Shown: positions 13,565 to 27,725 of the stretch, in pieces | How the letters are laid out: every line of letters begins with the position of its first letter | Position numbering within the stretch: the first letter of the stretch is position 1 | DNA from: Psilocybe cubensis | Lineage: Eukaryota | DNA: 64,000 nucleotides | Direction of reading: 5' to 3' | Assembly (NCBI GenBank): GCA_017499595.2 | Contig: CM039009.1 | Span: 2,294,001 to 2,358,000, forward strand | Position numbers and translations under genes: made by a program | Notes under the pieces: generated by a model | The model's database searches: none | The model's input: the letters and a program-made list of their open reading frames with translations, nothing else | Told to the model about the DNA's origin: nothing

Positions 13565-15121
13565 TCATGAATCGAAGATGGCGCCGTACGCCGGGATACC
13601 GCGGGTCTCCATGCCGTACACCACCTTCCTCGTCACCTTGGGATTGGAGATGATGAACACCGCCTCAGCGTTCGACTCGAGCACGAGTTGATAAGTCAGA
13701 GCAACCATATCGGGCCTTCCAAGAGTGCGAGTGTTCCAGACAATCGCGTCAGGGTCGGCTCTGAGCACCGCGTTGAGGATTTTTGGTCCGTACGTCGTCT
13801 CTGGGTGAGGCGTCGACCAGAGAACACGACGCGGGGTGACGCCCGCGTAGAGAAGAGAAAGGCAAGGACCGATACCAGAGCCGGTGGCAACGACGACGAT
13901 CTGCTTGAAGAGCTTCGAAGTGTACAGAAGCCCGTGCAATGGGTAGCCGCGGACCCAGAGCTTGGTGGGTGGGTTCGTGATCACCTTCTTCGTCCAATCG
14001 CCTGCGTTGGAGACGACCACGGAGAAGCCGTTGATCTTGCCGTTTTCGTCTTCGTCAGGGATGGTCGCAAAGGCATGCCATTCGAAAAGTGGCCTGTCCG
14101 AAATCTTGAGACCATAGAATGGTTGCATAGCCTTGTACTTGAAGTGAAGGCGGATAGCATGGTCGGAAAGAATCTCGGGGTAGACGTCACGACGGCGGAG
14201 TCGCGACCAGGATAAGAGGGAGCAGGAAGTGGAGACACAGAAGAACCAGAAGTTGGGGGATCTAACTAGGTACAATCCGATCGGAATACCCTGTTCCCTA
14301 GCCAGTACTTTTGCGGCAAGGCCGTTGTGAATCCAGAAAGTGACGAGGGCTGTCCATCCGGCAAAGCGATGGCTGGCTTCGAAGTAGTCGTGGAACATAA
14401 TTCGGAAGCGGGGCCAAGCAGATCCAAGAATGAGAACAAACATGGTGACGAGGATGTAGCAGGTGATGAGGTTGGCGAGGGCGTCACCGGATGGATTGTG
14501 AATGTATTCCTTGGTAATGAGAGCCGTGTAGAGCAGGAACCATACGACAGCAGCCGTGCCACTCCCGCTATGCGCGCCGCCATAATGGAAAACCTTGGCC
14601 AGCCTGCGACGAATAGAAAGTGGGAGGGAGTGAGGAACGCAAACAGCAATCTCGTAGCACAGGTTCACAAAATTTTCTTGTCGGAACAATATCGTGGACA
14701 TGAGATTGGCAGAAGAAGCAACGGCGACATCAGCGGAGAAAGGCACACCCCTTGCTTTCACAACGAAGCAAATGAAAGCGATAAGATTAGCCGTGAAGAT
14801 GACCGTGAAGATTTTCCGGTAAGTGGAGAAGAAGTTGTCTGAATGAAGGCGTCAGAAGCTGAAGAAGAGACTCCGATAGTTTAAACTCACAGTTAAGGTA
14901 GCGAGTAGTTCGTGTTCCAGTCTTCTCTGGGAGAATGTCACGGTTGGGCTTCACGTCGAATTCTTTCGGCTTCAACAAACTAGGCTCAGAAGACGACGCA
15001 GACTCGGCAACTTGGACTGGTGCTGAAAAGAAAGCGCAGTTAATAAGAGTATAGGCAAGAGGTTAAAGAGTTGGGCCTTACTGGACTTGTCGCCTATGTC
15101 GATGTGCTTCTCGAGATCCAT
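13565..15121 (-). CDS. tmpA: TmpA-like integral membrane flavoprotein (ferric-reductase-like TM region plus FNR-type FAD/NAD(P)-binding C-terminus)
   Basis: Multiple TM helices with HYGGAHSG and HDYFEASHRFAGW histidines; EWHAFATIP and VVSNAGDWT FAD-region motifs; VVATGSGIGPCL NAD-binding motif; C-terminal ISNPKVTRKVVYGMETRGIPAYGAIFDS typical of TmpA/TmpL family. Confidence 0.8.
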
Positions 15122-18100
15122 TTTTGCCGGGGAGGTACTTGAACTTCGGGAGAAGGGGAAGATATGGGCTCCTGGAGACTTTGATCTTTCCATGAGCGCC
15201 TTTTAAGCTTCATCATGATGTCCATGCCCCAGCTTGTGCGAAGATAGTGAGAGCTGCCATGTCCTTGGCCATACTGCGAGTGGTGACTTAAGTTTCTGAT
15301 AATCTCACGTCAGATCGTAAATCAAAATAGAGAAGAGATCTCCTGTTGATCAAGAGAGTGTTCCATTGCCATAAAAATAAGCACCCGATTTGAAAGACCA
15401 GTCGGGGTTAAAAATAGGGTGCCATAAAGTTGAGAGATTCGCGTGGTGCCGGTGGCATGTCGAGGAAGTTTGCGACAGTTCCGTGAGTGTGGCTACACAC
15501 AGCTTCGATTCTGTATACCACCGTGAACTGTAATTCACCTTTCGCAGGGAGGCTTCTTACAATGAATCCGAAGAGAAAAAATGGGCTTCTTTGCTGCGAC
15601 TTGTCCCGCACAGGTATTCTCATACAGTGATCCCACAACACCTGTGAAAGCCCCTGTTTCTGCCGTACCTCAGTGATCGGAAAAAAGTGGTAGAGAACTA
15701 CCATACCTTTAAGTACAATGTGTGCGTTGTAACAGGGAGATTATCCTATACCCTTGAGATGGATTCAATGCCGGCGCGGACTCTCCGAGGACCGAGGTTA
15801 AAGTGAGCTCCAAGCAGGTAACAGCGATTGAACGAGATCTATAACAATGCCTTGATCGGTGCCAAATATTAGACTTTTTGTGAAGAAGAAAGGTACATAT
15901 GGTGTGCAGTGGATAGCGAATTTCGCCAGATATCTTATCCTTTGCAAAGACAGTGAAACATAGAACGGCTTTCGTTTTCATAAAGCATATGGAGGTTAGT
16001 CTTCTATCGCAAATTTCCAACCACGCACCTAACTGATAGATTCGCAGGTATTGGACGGGTCCACACCCATCTGGCAGTCAAAGTACGCGTGCCCTGCTAT
16101 CTCGGACGTATCAGATGCCTATTCAAAACCGTTAGAGTGTTTGATCATTTACATGTTCTTGGTACGCGATATAGGCTTTGCTTGCGGTACAATCATTGTG
16201 GTGGTACTTTCACTCAACTTGCACGACACCAAAAATCATTCAGACCGTGGGAGATTATTGATTAATGGCCCGGGACCCGGAATGTACAAATACTACCAAA
16301 CACTATTATTTCCAACGAAAATCTGAGAAAATCCTGTTTGGACATCGGTTCAACATGAATTACAGCACTCACAACATCACAAAATAGAGTAATTTTCACG
16401 ATTTACATTTATCATGAAACATTGACGCCCTGGTGCATGTCTATAAGCTCCCATCAGCGACAACCATGTCCTACCACGCCACGCCAGACATACTATGTTC
16501 CGACTGAGAGATAGTTCATGGTCGATGCAATGGCGGCCGAATTTTCAGTTCATTAACAACTCCACAATTGCCGGAAAACTTCTCTGCCGTTTCTGAAAAA
16601 GAGGCAATATGGAAACAACTGCACAGGTGTGAGTGTGATATTGAATATATCCTCAATCAAGGGTGTATGGAAGCAGCATGGAGTGCGACACCGCGTGGAG
16701 CGTAGCACAAGTGATACCTCCACGCTCCAGATAATGCGAGGGGACTATGACGGTTGAACCCCTTTGCTTAACTACGGAACAGAAAAACTAAAGGCATAAG
16801 AACGTCCAGCTGGGAGAAACAAAAGGATCTCCAGAATAGATTCAAATTGAATGAGCGATGTTAATCAACTCTAAGTTATGATACAGATGGATTTTAACGA
16901 TACTGCAAATTTGAATGAGTAATAACGAAAATGAGTACAGTATCGTTAATGTTGCAGATCCTTCCGTCATAGATATCATGTTTGGATCATGAAGTTCGCT
17001 AGACATGCTCTACTGACAAATGGAGTAGCAGCAGCATCTCAGAAACAATTAGCAGATGGGAATCAAGTAGCCGTAGCCTGTAAGTAGATAGAATTAAGAA
17101 TCAAGTACCAGAAAATTGTCTTGTCAATGAGGTAGTTCTCTGAGTCCCCTACACCGCGTAATTTCTGGCCAAATGGATATCATTCAACTATAAAGAAGCA
17201 CATTCTCGTTCTGATTGTCCTGAATAAAGCATAGATTAGATGAAGAAGATTAAGAAGATCGGGAGATAGAGAGCTTGCGCACTGATTGCGAGTCATAACA
17301 TTAAGGATGATTTAACAAACTAGAGGGTACGTAGTTCAAGTTGGAGGGTGACCGTATAGTCTTGCCATAGATAACATATATCCTTTGCGTGAATCAGGAA
17401 ATTGACAGAATTTAGACGTTGAACGTAATATTATTAGTTAAATACCCTGACGGGTTTTGACGTAGTGATGAGATACTATTGCGCAACAAATTTTGACGGA
17501 TTGCCTTTGAACCATTCGCTTGGACATTCCTTGAGATGGTTTTCCATGTCGTTTCCCACGAGCTATCTCGCAGCTTGGAACAGCCAAGAAAGTTGATGGA
17601 TGTTAACAGAGAGCGTGTGTGGAATAGACAAAGATCAAGGAAACACTTGGCACGTTCCAGAGCCAGACTGTCCCCAGCTATGTACCAGTCTCTCGTTATC
17701 TGCAAACATTTTGATTATGGCGCAAAGTTATCTCATATGGAGTGCATTATCTTTGTTCGAGCAGTGCAAGACGATAGACTCGTCAAAGGGTCCGAAATTC
17801 AATCAGAAAACATGGAGATAAGCAAAGCACACCGACCCACTTGAAGTAATTAGACTCACAGTTCCTTGACTCGCTACCTATTGGCTCTAAAATTAACAGA
17901 CTTCCGACGCTGCCGTTTTATTTTGATCCTATGCTACAGCGTACTTGGACTGTGGCCAGATAACAGAGCAACTGTGATCCGAATACTCTATTCTTAGTCA
18001 CGCAAAATTCTTGTCCTCATCTCTCCTTTCCTGAACTCACTTGGTGTCTGCATGAGAAAAGAAGGCCTCGTTGCTCAAACGGCGTATGCATTTCCAGCTT

Positions 18101-18254
18101 GGCGCGCTCTTTATTTGGAAAGTGGTGGGTGCAACGGCATAGCCGAGTGATCTTTGACCCGCTTGGTCACGATTTTCTGCCACGAATGTCGGAGCTGAAT
18201 CATTCTCATCTACCACAATTATCGCTATCAACCAGCTTTTGACCCTCTACAGAA

Positions 18255-20458
18255 ATGAGTCTACAACAGGCGCCTTACGGCACATGGAACTCTCCAATCA
18301 CTGCGGAGGTGATCACCAAAGGCGTATGTGTAGTTCCTATTTCTTCCTTGCGGTCACTTATCCACTTGCGTCAGGCAAATTCAATCAGTGAAATCATTGT
18401 AGATCGCGTTACATCGGAAGTATACCACTTGGAAACGAGGCCTTCTGAGAAGGGTAGAAGTGTACTTGTTCACACCAACTCCAATCGTGACATTGTTGGA
18501 CCGAACTGGAATGTGAGAACAGGCGTGCATGAATACGGTGGCGCACCCGCAATTGTCCACGATGGAGTGGCATATTTCTCCCATTATGTGGATGGTCGTG
18601 TCTACCGTGTAGGAGTCGAAGATGACTCACAACCTGTGCCTATAACTCCAGGTGAACTTCCCTTCATATCTGCTCCATTGATGTTGCGCAGCAGCTAATA
18701 TTGCGCAGATAATAAACCATACCGCTATGCCAGCCTTGACCAGCATCCCACGCACCCTGAACTTTTGATTTCCATTCTTGAAGATCATACCATTGATATT
18801 CCATCTGAAATTGTCACGACTCTTGTTGTGATTAACTCTGCTACGAAAACCGTCGAACCACTCGTATCTGGTGCTGATTTCTATGCTCTTGCCAAGTTCT
18901 CTCCAGCTGGCGACAAACTCGCATGGATTCAGTGGTTCCACCCTGACATGCCTTGGGAGGGTGGTGAGCTCCATGTGGCAGATGTTGTCTTCAGTGGTGA
19001 TAAGACCATATCAATCAAAAATTCCAAGCGTGTGGCAGGGGAGCGCGGTCGTATCAGCGCGTCGTATCCTGCATGGGCAAACAACGACACGTTGATTTTT
19101 ACCACGGATGAATCCGGTTATGTAAACCCATGGAAATTCGTTCGAAATACGGCTTCGCCTTTGTTTTCCACACCCATTGAGGAGGGCTTCGGACAGCCGT
19201 TATGGATTCTAAATTTCTTTCCATATGTCATCCTCGGAGACAGGGGAGAGATAGTGTTATTCAAAGCCTCAAAAGATGGCCGAGATGTTCTCTATCTTTT
19301 CGACCTCGAAAAGGATTCTAGGCCTACACCCCTTCCCAATCCTTTCGTGGTGATCGATAATATCAGGGTAGTATCTGCCAAAAACAAGGTATTTGTTTTC
19401 ACAGGGGAGAAGACGAACGAAAAAAACTCCGTCATCCAATGTTCCATTTCGTCGTTGCTTGACGCTGAATTCCTACCTTTGACTGCGTCTTCTTCCGGAG
19501 AGGGTGACACACCGCTATCTCCCAGACTCGTGTCAGAACCACAACCTTTTACGCTGAAGGCACCCCCTGAAGGTGACCCGCTTCACGTCGTCTATTACCC
19601 TCCTTGGAATCCCAATTATTCTGGAAGCAGCATAGATGGAGAGAAACCTCCCTGTATTGTTAATGTTCACGGGGGGCCCACTGGTTTAACGGAGCAAGGT
19701 CTACGATGGTCGAAGCAATACTTTACTTCAAGAGGATGGGCATGGTACGTTTCCAAGTTCCCTGTCTGATTATCATGCAGATAAAATTTCTTAGGCTTGA
19801 TGTCAATTACGGAGGCTCGTCAGGATATGGTAGGCGTTATGTTGAAAGGCTTAACGGTAAATGGGGCATAGTCGACGTTCAGGATTGTACCCTTGCCCCT
19901 CAAATTCTTGCTTCTGCTCCCTATAACCTCATTGACTCCAAACGGCTGATCATCCGTGGCGGTTCCGCGGGAGGTTTCACAGTCCTCGCTGCACTATCCA
20001 TCGCCAAGGATGTCACAACGTTTGCTGCGGCCACTTCTCTCTATGGCGTTTCAGACTTGGGTAAACTTGCAGAATTTACCCATAAGTTTGAATCTCGTTA
20101 CCTCGATCATTTGGTTGGCGGAACAGTCGAGGAGGCACCAAACTTATATAAAGAACGCTCACCTATTTATCATGCAGAACGTATTGTGACACCTTTACTT
20201 GTGAGTAAAGCATTTTTTTGGCCGTGGTACTTGCGCAGTTTTTCATACATGATTTAGATTTTACAAGGAGAGATCGACATGGTCGTGCCGAAAGGTCAAG
20301 CGGAAGCAATCTATGAGAGTATTCAGAGTCGTGGAGGCGTGGTGGAATATAAGTTGTACCCAGGGGAAGGACATGGGTGGCGTCAGGAAGACAATATGCG
20401 TGATGCTCTGGAGCGAGAATTGGGGTTCTATGAGAGGATCTTTAACTTGAAGAAATAG
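18255..20458 (+). CDS. Peptidase S9 family (dipeptidyl/acylaminoacyl peptidase-like, prolyl oligopeptidase clan), multi-exon
   Basis: APYGTWNSPIT N-terminus, VHEYGG, WFHPDMPWEG, VHGGPT, DVNYGGSSGYGR, nucleophile GGSAGG, acid GEIDMVVP, EGHGWR; stop TAG 20456-20458. Confidence 0.93.
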
Positions 20459-22107
20459 TCAAAATTTTTATGGTTATGAAACCCTCACTACATTATCGTT
20501 TTGACCAACAATACGGAGAGTGGTATCATTCTGAAAACTTCGTCAATTTCAGAATGTTGCTTTTTACCAGCACTGTGGTGCTCCTTATGCCACCGGCCAT
20601 CGGGCCTTTGTACGCAGACCACAGTCACTCGCTCGGGTTGGTTCCCGTGAGAGGTAGCGTATTTAACTTAGAGAGAACAACGGTGTACGCCGAGAATCAG
20701 ATATGACAGCGGCGTGAGATTAACATTTGTTATCTTTGACCACTTATCATCGTCATGATTGTATTGTGCGTCGCGAGACCGTAACTAAGGCGGAAGGTCA
20801 ATAAATGCTCAAAAACCTCTCTGCTGAAATTAATCTTCAAAACTGTTAAAAATGACGATGGATTGCGGTTAAATAAACCTCAGATACTACGGAATCATGA
20901 TATCCAAGGTTATCCTTGGTTAGGTGTTCTACGGTCCCCCACAGTGGCAAACCTGGGTATTTCCGAGGAGGAACCCCTACATCATATAAATTTGGTGTGC
21001 TTTTCCACAACGGGCAGAAAATAACTGTTATTCCTTGATTGTTCCAAACGACGGTTTTCGGTGTTCGGGAGCTAGCTATGAAGTAGGGACTAAGATTTTC
21101 GACTCATGGAATGTTTGTTATTATCCACTGCTATCATTCTATCTCATCGATTCATCTCACACTAGAAGTTCTGTTTTTGAATTGGACTATTCAAATGGAC
21201 AATTTGAAGGTTTTCTTGGCAAAGCTATCAAGTGCCCAATAGTTCAATATCCCGCTGGATGAAATCGTTGCTATCACCTTTAGGGACCCCAAATCCACCA
21301 GGCTTCGCGTTATTCCGCCAAAGTTAATTTCTCTACAATGTGGCGAGAATGACGAGTTCCTGTAAATATGTTCAAACCCGGATCAGATAGGATACGTCAA
21401 TCAAGACGGACTGAGCCGCAAAGGCATGTCTGTAATATCTCACGCACAATAATGGATCAGTTAGTATCCAGTTTCGCCATCACTCAGTGTTTATTTGAAT
21501 CAATAAGAGAAGCACAGAGGGGCTTCAGCTCGACTATATAGGAAGTTGGTTTTTTTGACGTATTTCCTTCTCAAAACCCTTAGGGCACCGTTTATTCCCG
21601 ATACTCATGATGAATTGCTGAAATGGTGATCACCTAGGCAGACCTATGTGCTGTGGAGATGTTCAGCAATTCTCCCATGGTTGGACTCAGAATGCTTCCA
21701 CGTACGTTGTGATCTAGGCTGGGTGTATGATGCGTTCTATAATCTCCTCCTATTGACGAAGTAAGATGGCTCCTAGTATTCTACAGACGTTCACATCGAT
21801 GTGAAATTCCTCTATGATATGCATGGTGCATGTAATGCAGTGCAACTAAATTACTACAAGATGAAATTAGGCCCAAACATCGAAATTTATGTCATCAAGA
21901 ACTATCCAGTACAGATCCCATTTGCTATCTGATTACAGCAGAGTAAATACAACCTGGTGTACAGAGAAAAACTGACAATTTCTACCCTCGAGGTACCAAT
22001 GTCGACAGCATTTTGGTACCATAAATATACATTCCATACACATCATTTGGATGTCGATTCTATACACTTTCTATACCCTGGTCTCCACGTTCCAGAGATC
22101 TTTTCCA

Positions 22108-22140
22108 GAGGATGTTGGCGGAGTCTCCGCCAACATCCTC
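22108..22140. repeat. Perfect 33-bp palindrome (16-bp arms, 1-nt centre)
   Basis: GAGGATGTTGGCGGAG-T-CTCCGCCAACATCCTC. Confidence 0.9.
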
Positions 22141-22805
22141 CCTGAAGCTATTTTTAGTCTTGCAGTTCACAAGTTCGGCCTTGCATGCCACCGCGATCCA
22201 AGTCCGTTAAACATGTACTTGCATTTTTATCGATGAATATTATTGACAAAGTTACAACAAAAAAAAAAACCTACTATTCCCACGCACCATCATCCTGACG
22301 GGCCTCAACATGGTTCGAACCCTCGGATTCATCCTCATTACGCACGCGCATGTACGTCCCTCAGCCACTTGCGCATGTCCCGTTGCCCTCACGTCTTATG
22401 ACCGCAAGTCGCTTGAACTTCCCTCGCATCCCTTGCAAGGTAAACTTCCTTTTCCTCTAGTACTGACGTAGATCTCACACAGCTAGACTTCATAAACATA
22501 TGTGATCTTGGGAGGGTTAGCTCGTATGGGATCTTGTAGATGTGTAGTTGCCACAAATGGCATTAGATAGTTTGATGTAACTGATTGGGTGGTCTTAATG
22601 TCGAGTCAAAGTAACTTATTCGCTTAATGTATGGTTGGGTTAGTACCCACAACGACTACCTGTTCTAATAAACGGAAATTCCATTGATTTTGTCTCTACT
22701 ATCACTTGATCTTTATATTTGTAGTGCTTGTCCGTGCATAGGCTCTTCATGGACATCGAATGGTGTATTATTATTTGTTTTTGAAATGTGGAATAGTCTT
22801 ATTCT

Positions 22806-23151
22806 TGTTAGCTCCGCGAGGTGGTTGCCTCCTAGTCACCTGCTACACACCTGTCTTGTTATCTTGTTACGCTTCTTAAACCGAGTCCGAATCTTTGCTC
22901 TCAGTCAGTGCGGACTAAGTGAATTCTAACTACTCATTTTTGAGTTTGGTTGCGTCAGCCCACATCACCATGCCTCGTTCGAATAGCCATTTTAGCGCCT
23001 TGTCTTAGACGCGCGCCTCAGCTTGCGCGCGCCCTGTGTTACGAGTCACCTGACTACTTGCCCAGGCTCGGCAGGGATTGGCCCGCTCGGCCTGTTCTAT
23101 TTTTAGAACTCGATGTTAACTTCAAATTCTAGGCGCACACCACCGCGCTAC
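22806..23151. mobile_element. Possible solo LTR / retroelement remnant
   Basis: ~345 bp segment bounded by TG(TTAGC)...(GCTA)CA termini, GC-richer than flanks; no matching TSD found. Confidence 0.25.
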
Positions 23152-23470
23152 ACATTAATACTCTCATTGTTTATGATTAAGTCGGTAAATACCAGAATAT
23201 AAAGGTAAAAAACAAAGACTTGAACCTTTCTAAGAAATGATAATGTATTAAAATGTCTAAATCGCGGATTTAGGGTTTCCGGTCTACATAGGAAAGTTAA
23301 AAGAAAAGCTTGTAATCCAGGATGGATTAAATGCATCTATGTTATTCTACTTATTAGCATTGCAATGTAGGGAGTCAGCTAAAGTAGAGTATCGGATGCT
23401 AAAAGCCAAGAAAATATGAGCAAGAGTAGTAAGAGAAAAAAAAATTACTTCACACTTCTATTCAACCAAA

Positions 23471-23827
23471 CTAGAAGCGGTATTGAGCACGGAGTTGTTC
23501 TACAGCAGCTCTGGCAGCTTCTTCTCTGGATGATGCCTCGTTGTGTCCTTGCCCTGTTCCGTATTCGATACCTCCAACTTTCATAGACAATTAAGCTGAC
23601 TTTAATATCTTTGAATGTAAATAATGGGCCTCACTTGTAACAGTGGTTCTCCACGTCGGGTTATGTGCCTGTCCGCTCCAAGACGAGTTGTAAACTGGTT
23701 TAGGCAGTCTAAGTTGCTGGTATATGGTATTCAGATAATGTCTGAAGGAGCTCTCGGCTGGAATTCAAGTGTAAATGAGTGCAGTGGGGTGTATGCATGG
23801 TTCCTAACCTTCTTGAAATCCAGCCAT
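23471..23827 (-). CDS. Small stand-alone double-stranded RNA-binding motif (dsRBD) protein, 82 aa, 3 exons
   Basis: Exons 23827-23809, 23757-23635, 23577-23471 with GT-AG introns of 51 and 57 nt give MAGFQEAESSFRHYLNTIYQQLRLPKPVYNSSWSGQAHNPTWRTTVTIGGIEYGTGQGHNEASSREEAARAAVEQLRAQYRF*, fitting the dsRBD pattern (LxxxxQ, P-Y, GxxHxP, G-G-G, terminal AAxxA helix). Confidence 0.8.
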
Positions 23828-26800
23828 TGTTTCTGGTCGAGTTCTTGCAGGCATCGCAGTAAGTCAATAGCTGAATAAAACTGGGGGAAAAGATTGATAT
23901 TTTCCATATCACGATGAAGCGGTATTTATGCAAAATCCTAAATGCTGGGTAGTATTCGAGTCATTAAGCTAACAGACCAGGTCGGCATTGCAATTACATT
24001 CCAACGTATAATTGTGATGTGTAGTGTATTGCATCTACAGTAGCTTAGGGATTTTAGTGCATATATCCATCTTCCCGGTCTGGTCCATCATGACGTACCC
24101 GTATACGGAAAAGAAGGGAAGAATATTACGCTCCAGAGACTCCATTGCCATTTCAGTACTCAGAGGTCCACCATCAAAGGAGATAAATATGGCTTGAAGG
24201 ATTTATTTCCTGTGTCAGAGCGAAGAAAATATTTACCAATGCTTTAACCAAGCCGACAAGTACTGAGGACATGTAGGCGAATCGGCACGGTACTCCATTC
24301 TAGGTAGTTGAGCCGCAATGCTTGTTCCATTGGGCAGAATTGTTACAATGATTGATCCAGGGGATTAACCAGATCTCTCCGAAGCGCAGGAGTTGGAAAA
24401 GAGTCTCCACTGAGACGGTGAATCTGTTCATTTGGCACGAGATAAGATTAACGGATAGATAATCCAATAGTAATATACCCATACTGATGCGGCGTTTAGC
24501 GCTCGTCATTAGCGCCTAGAGTCTGCGCAGTCATTATTATACCAACTCCGGGTCTCACGGAGCCCAGGAGTCTACTCGAGATTAAGCCGTCGTATGTATG
24601 GTTCTGGGTACGGAGAACCATCAACACAAATAGCAATGTCGTTGTGTTAAAAAGTTGTGCTTTAGCATAGTCCGAGGAAAGATGTGAGATGAGCTCTGAT
24701 TCGATTTCTACCCTTCAGTCGTGGCCATATGGGGATGAACAGCTTTATGAGTCATACAATCCAGAGCTATGGGGTGGTAGAAGATGAGATGCGTCTTAAA
24801 TGGAACAACATTACAGCATTACGCCTTGGTTCCACCTGAATCAAGAACATGAGAACTTACTCCGGGTGTCGGATAGACCAGACCAAATATCTCGATAATA
24901 TCTATCGAGTCCATTGACGACAAGAAAACAAATCCCCGCAGATATTTGGAAGTTTCCAATGTTGTCAGGATGTTCATGTAGAAACAGTGAAGAAATCTAG
25001 AATGTAACCCTGAAGATCCCAAGAAGATCCGGTATAATCAGTTTGACTGATTGGTTGATTCAACCTCCTGTGAGATAGACATGTTCCGACGTGGTGCATC
25101 CTTGGGGTATGTTTGTCGAAGATAGGCAAGACGAAGACAAGATCCAAACGTAAAGGTGACTAACTATGACTTGACTTCGGGTACAGCTCTTTTGCTTACT
25201 CGGCCATATTTTGTGTAATATTTTCTATTTCTTTCCACAACATAAACATCAAAGAATTTCAGCTGGACTCAAAAGGAGGATCATAGTTAACTCATAACAG
25301 AACATGACGGCCGCTAACGACGCTGATATGTTTTCCTACTTAGTATGTAAATTAGCCACCATTTTTAGACTGTTTTTGGCGCTCGACATTGTTCGTGGAC
25401 CATTAGCGAGTACGAAAACCTCAGGACCCTTTGACATTATAATGCAGCCGCTAACTTCTTTACTCCTGCTGTTACTCGTACAATGTAGCTCCACAGAAAG
25501 AGATTTGAATGCCGGTTTATGGTCCTGAAAAGATAGCTACAGGTTCCTAAAGCCTTGGAGTCTAAGAGGCCGTTCGTCCCTTCTATACAGCTACCGACGT
25601 AGAAAAAACAACCCATCAAATACATCCCACCGCCTAATCGAAGCGGCGTCGATCAGAAATGCCTTGTAAACTTGACTTTGACGTCGAGGGGTTTTTCGAA
25701 TTTCCATGGTCCTTACATTTCTGACAGCCCCGAGTTCACTTGATCGTGCGTCCAGCAACTTCAGATCAATGGTCTCATGTATGAGGTGGGGCCGTTCTAT
25801 GCAAACCAGTGAAAATGATGTATGGTTTGGCTATACGATTGAAACTACAGTATACCCGTCACAAACAAGAAATCTTTCGCTGAAGATCGAAATGCATAGG
25901 AATACGGTCATTAACACATATTCCGATGATGCAAGATATTCCAGACAGGTATCATAGTTATATGGATAAGTTGACATTGATCCTTTCGTCAAATTTGTGT
26001 CTAACGCCTCCCCCTATACTCTCAAACAAAACACTGTAATAGATCTCTTTCGTCTAGAACTTCTGCTCACATACAGCCTCTTTGGCGCTGTACGCTTGCC
26101 TAGATTGTAAATCTTTTACTGATGTCATTTTTTTATGTGGAACAGGATGATCGGTTGACGGTCCATTCTTTAGTCCGTGATCTCAACTTGAATGAAATGC
26201 CTTTAAATTCACCAGTTTGTGCGAGCCACATTAATACCCAAGGAACCACTCATAAAGCTTTGTCTATTAATTAGGTTTGATATATATTCCAGAAGTCTTG
26301 CGCTTGGGCTGAATTACATACAAGAGTTTCAAATTGGAATTCAAAAGTAACCAGTTGAAGTCCGAGTCATCATTCGGCGTTATCGGTCATCATGTCCAAA
26401 ACCGTCCTATTTTTGTTCCTAGTACGACTGATTTTTTTCATTCATTGGACATCCTGTATAAAGTCAGGATATCGAACAGATCATGTCTCATCGGTCTTTA
26501 CTAAGGGTATATTCGCCGTCCTTTCATATCTTGGTCAGGACGCACTTTAGCCGGGAAGGTGACTCGTTTAAGCATCAGAAAGACGCTGGTTCTAGCTAAA
26601 CAAATGACAGAAAAAGTTCAAACGACTCGGGACCCTTTTACGTCTTGGAGTACTGTGGTCGCAGCAAACGATATCAGGGGATGGATCTAATCGATAAGGC
26701 GTATCGCCCGAGGACATCCTGAACATCCATTTTTTGATACCGCACCTTTGGAAGGAATGTCAGGTACACACTGGACGCTCCCGATCACCGAGTCACTTCG

Positions 26801-27725
26801 CAATACAGATAGCAATGAGGACTCCCTAGTCCATAAGAAGGCGGATTCGTGAGAGCTTCACATCCTTCGCATTCCAATGCAAAGTCTCAATACCAATGAG
26901 TTACAATCTGATGTCGGGCAACGATTACCTTTAAGTGTTCAAGTTCAACAATAGTAAACGCTAAATTTACTTCTCAAATATGGCTCTAGTTCGCTATGAC
27001 GATTTTATATAACCTATCCTGAGACATCGGAGGTAGGACCGCGCTTCCGGACGATGTTTTTGGTTGGCGAAAAATTATCGAAAAAAACGATCAGGTTGTC
27101 GACGAGAGCTCAGTCATGAACAAAACCATGATTATAGAATGAAATGCATTACTTTGGGTCTTTCGCGCAACGAAACCTTCTTGCGCCTGCATGACTTTAC
27201 CCCAACTAGACGAACTGTGCTGCCTCTGACGTACACAGAAGCCTTTGCAAGTCCACGAAGTCCCAGAGACATGAATGGAGAGAATATCATTCCAAGCTTC
27301 TGTCAAGTTGGGATGGGGACGGGAAAGGAGATAGCATGAGAAATCATAGCCAGGAAAACTAAGACGGTGACATCAGCAAGGTAAAGAGAGATTTGTATGC
27401 ACTGGAAATTATCTGAACATGCCCAATTAGACCATTGGTGCATCCCACCCAAGTAATGTTGAACTGACCGTTAGAGTGATACATGATACGATAAATCCCT
27501 AAACATTGCAGACTTGTTCCTGTATCTGCTTGAAGCATCCATACCGCGGAAAGCATGGTTATGGATTGAGCTCATAATAGAACATAGATTACAAACAAAG
27601 ATAATGCACTTGGACAATGGAGGTAGTAAGGAGTATAGCATGAATCGAAGCAGAGCATATGATGAATTCGGTTTGCAAAGTTGGGGGGGAGGGCCCTTGA
27701 AATACGGAGATCCGAGCTGTATCGG

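Noticed and set aside
13688-14842. Plus-strand ORFs of 175 and 171 aa
   Set aside because: Antisense to the GC-rich TmpA-like CDS
16850-17900. Short ORFs with coding-like composition
   Set aside because: No coherent spliced model or motif
23950-27400. Scattered short ORFs, possibly F-box/LRR-type gene remnants
   Set aside because: Fragmentary with many stops and no diagnostic motif
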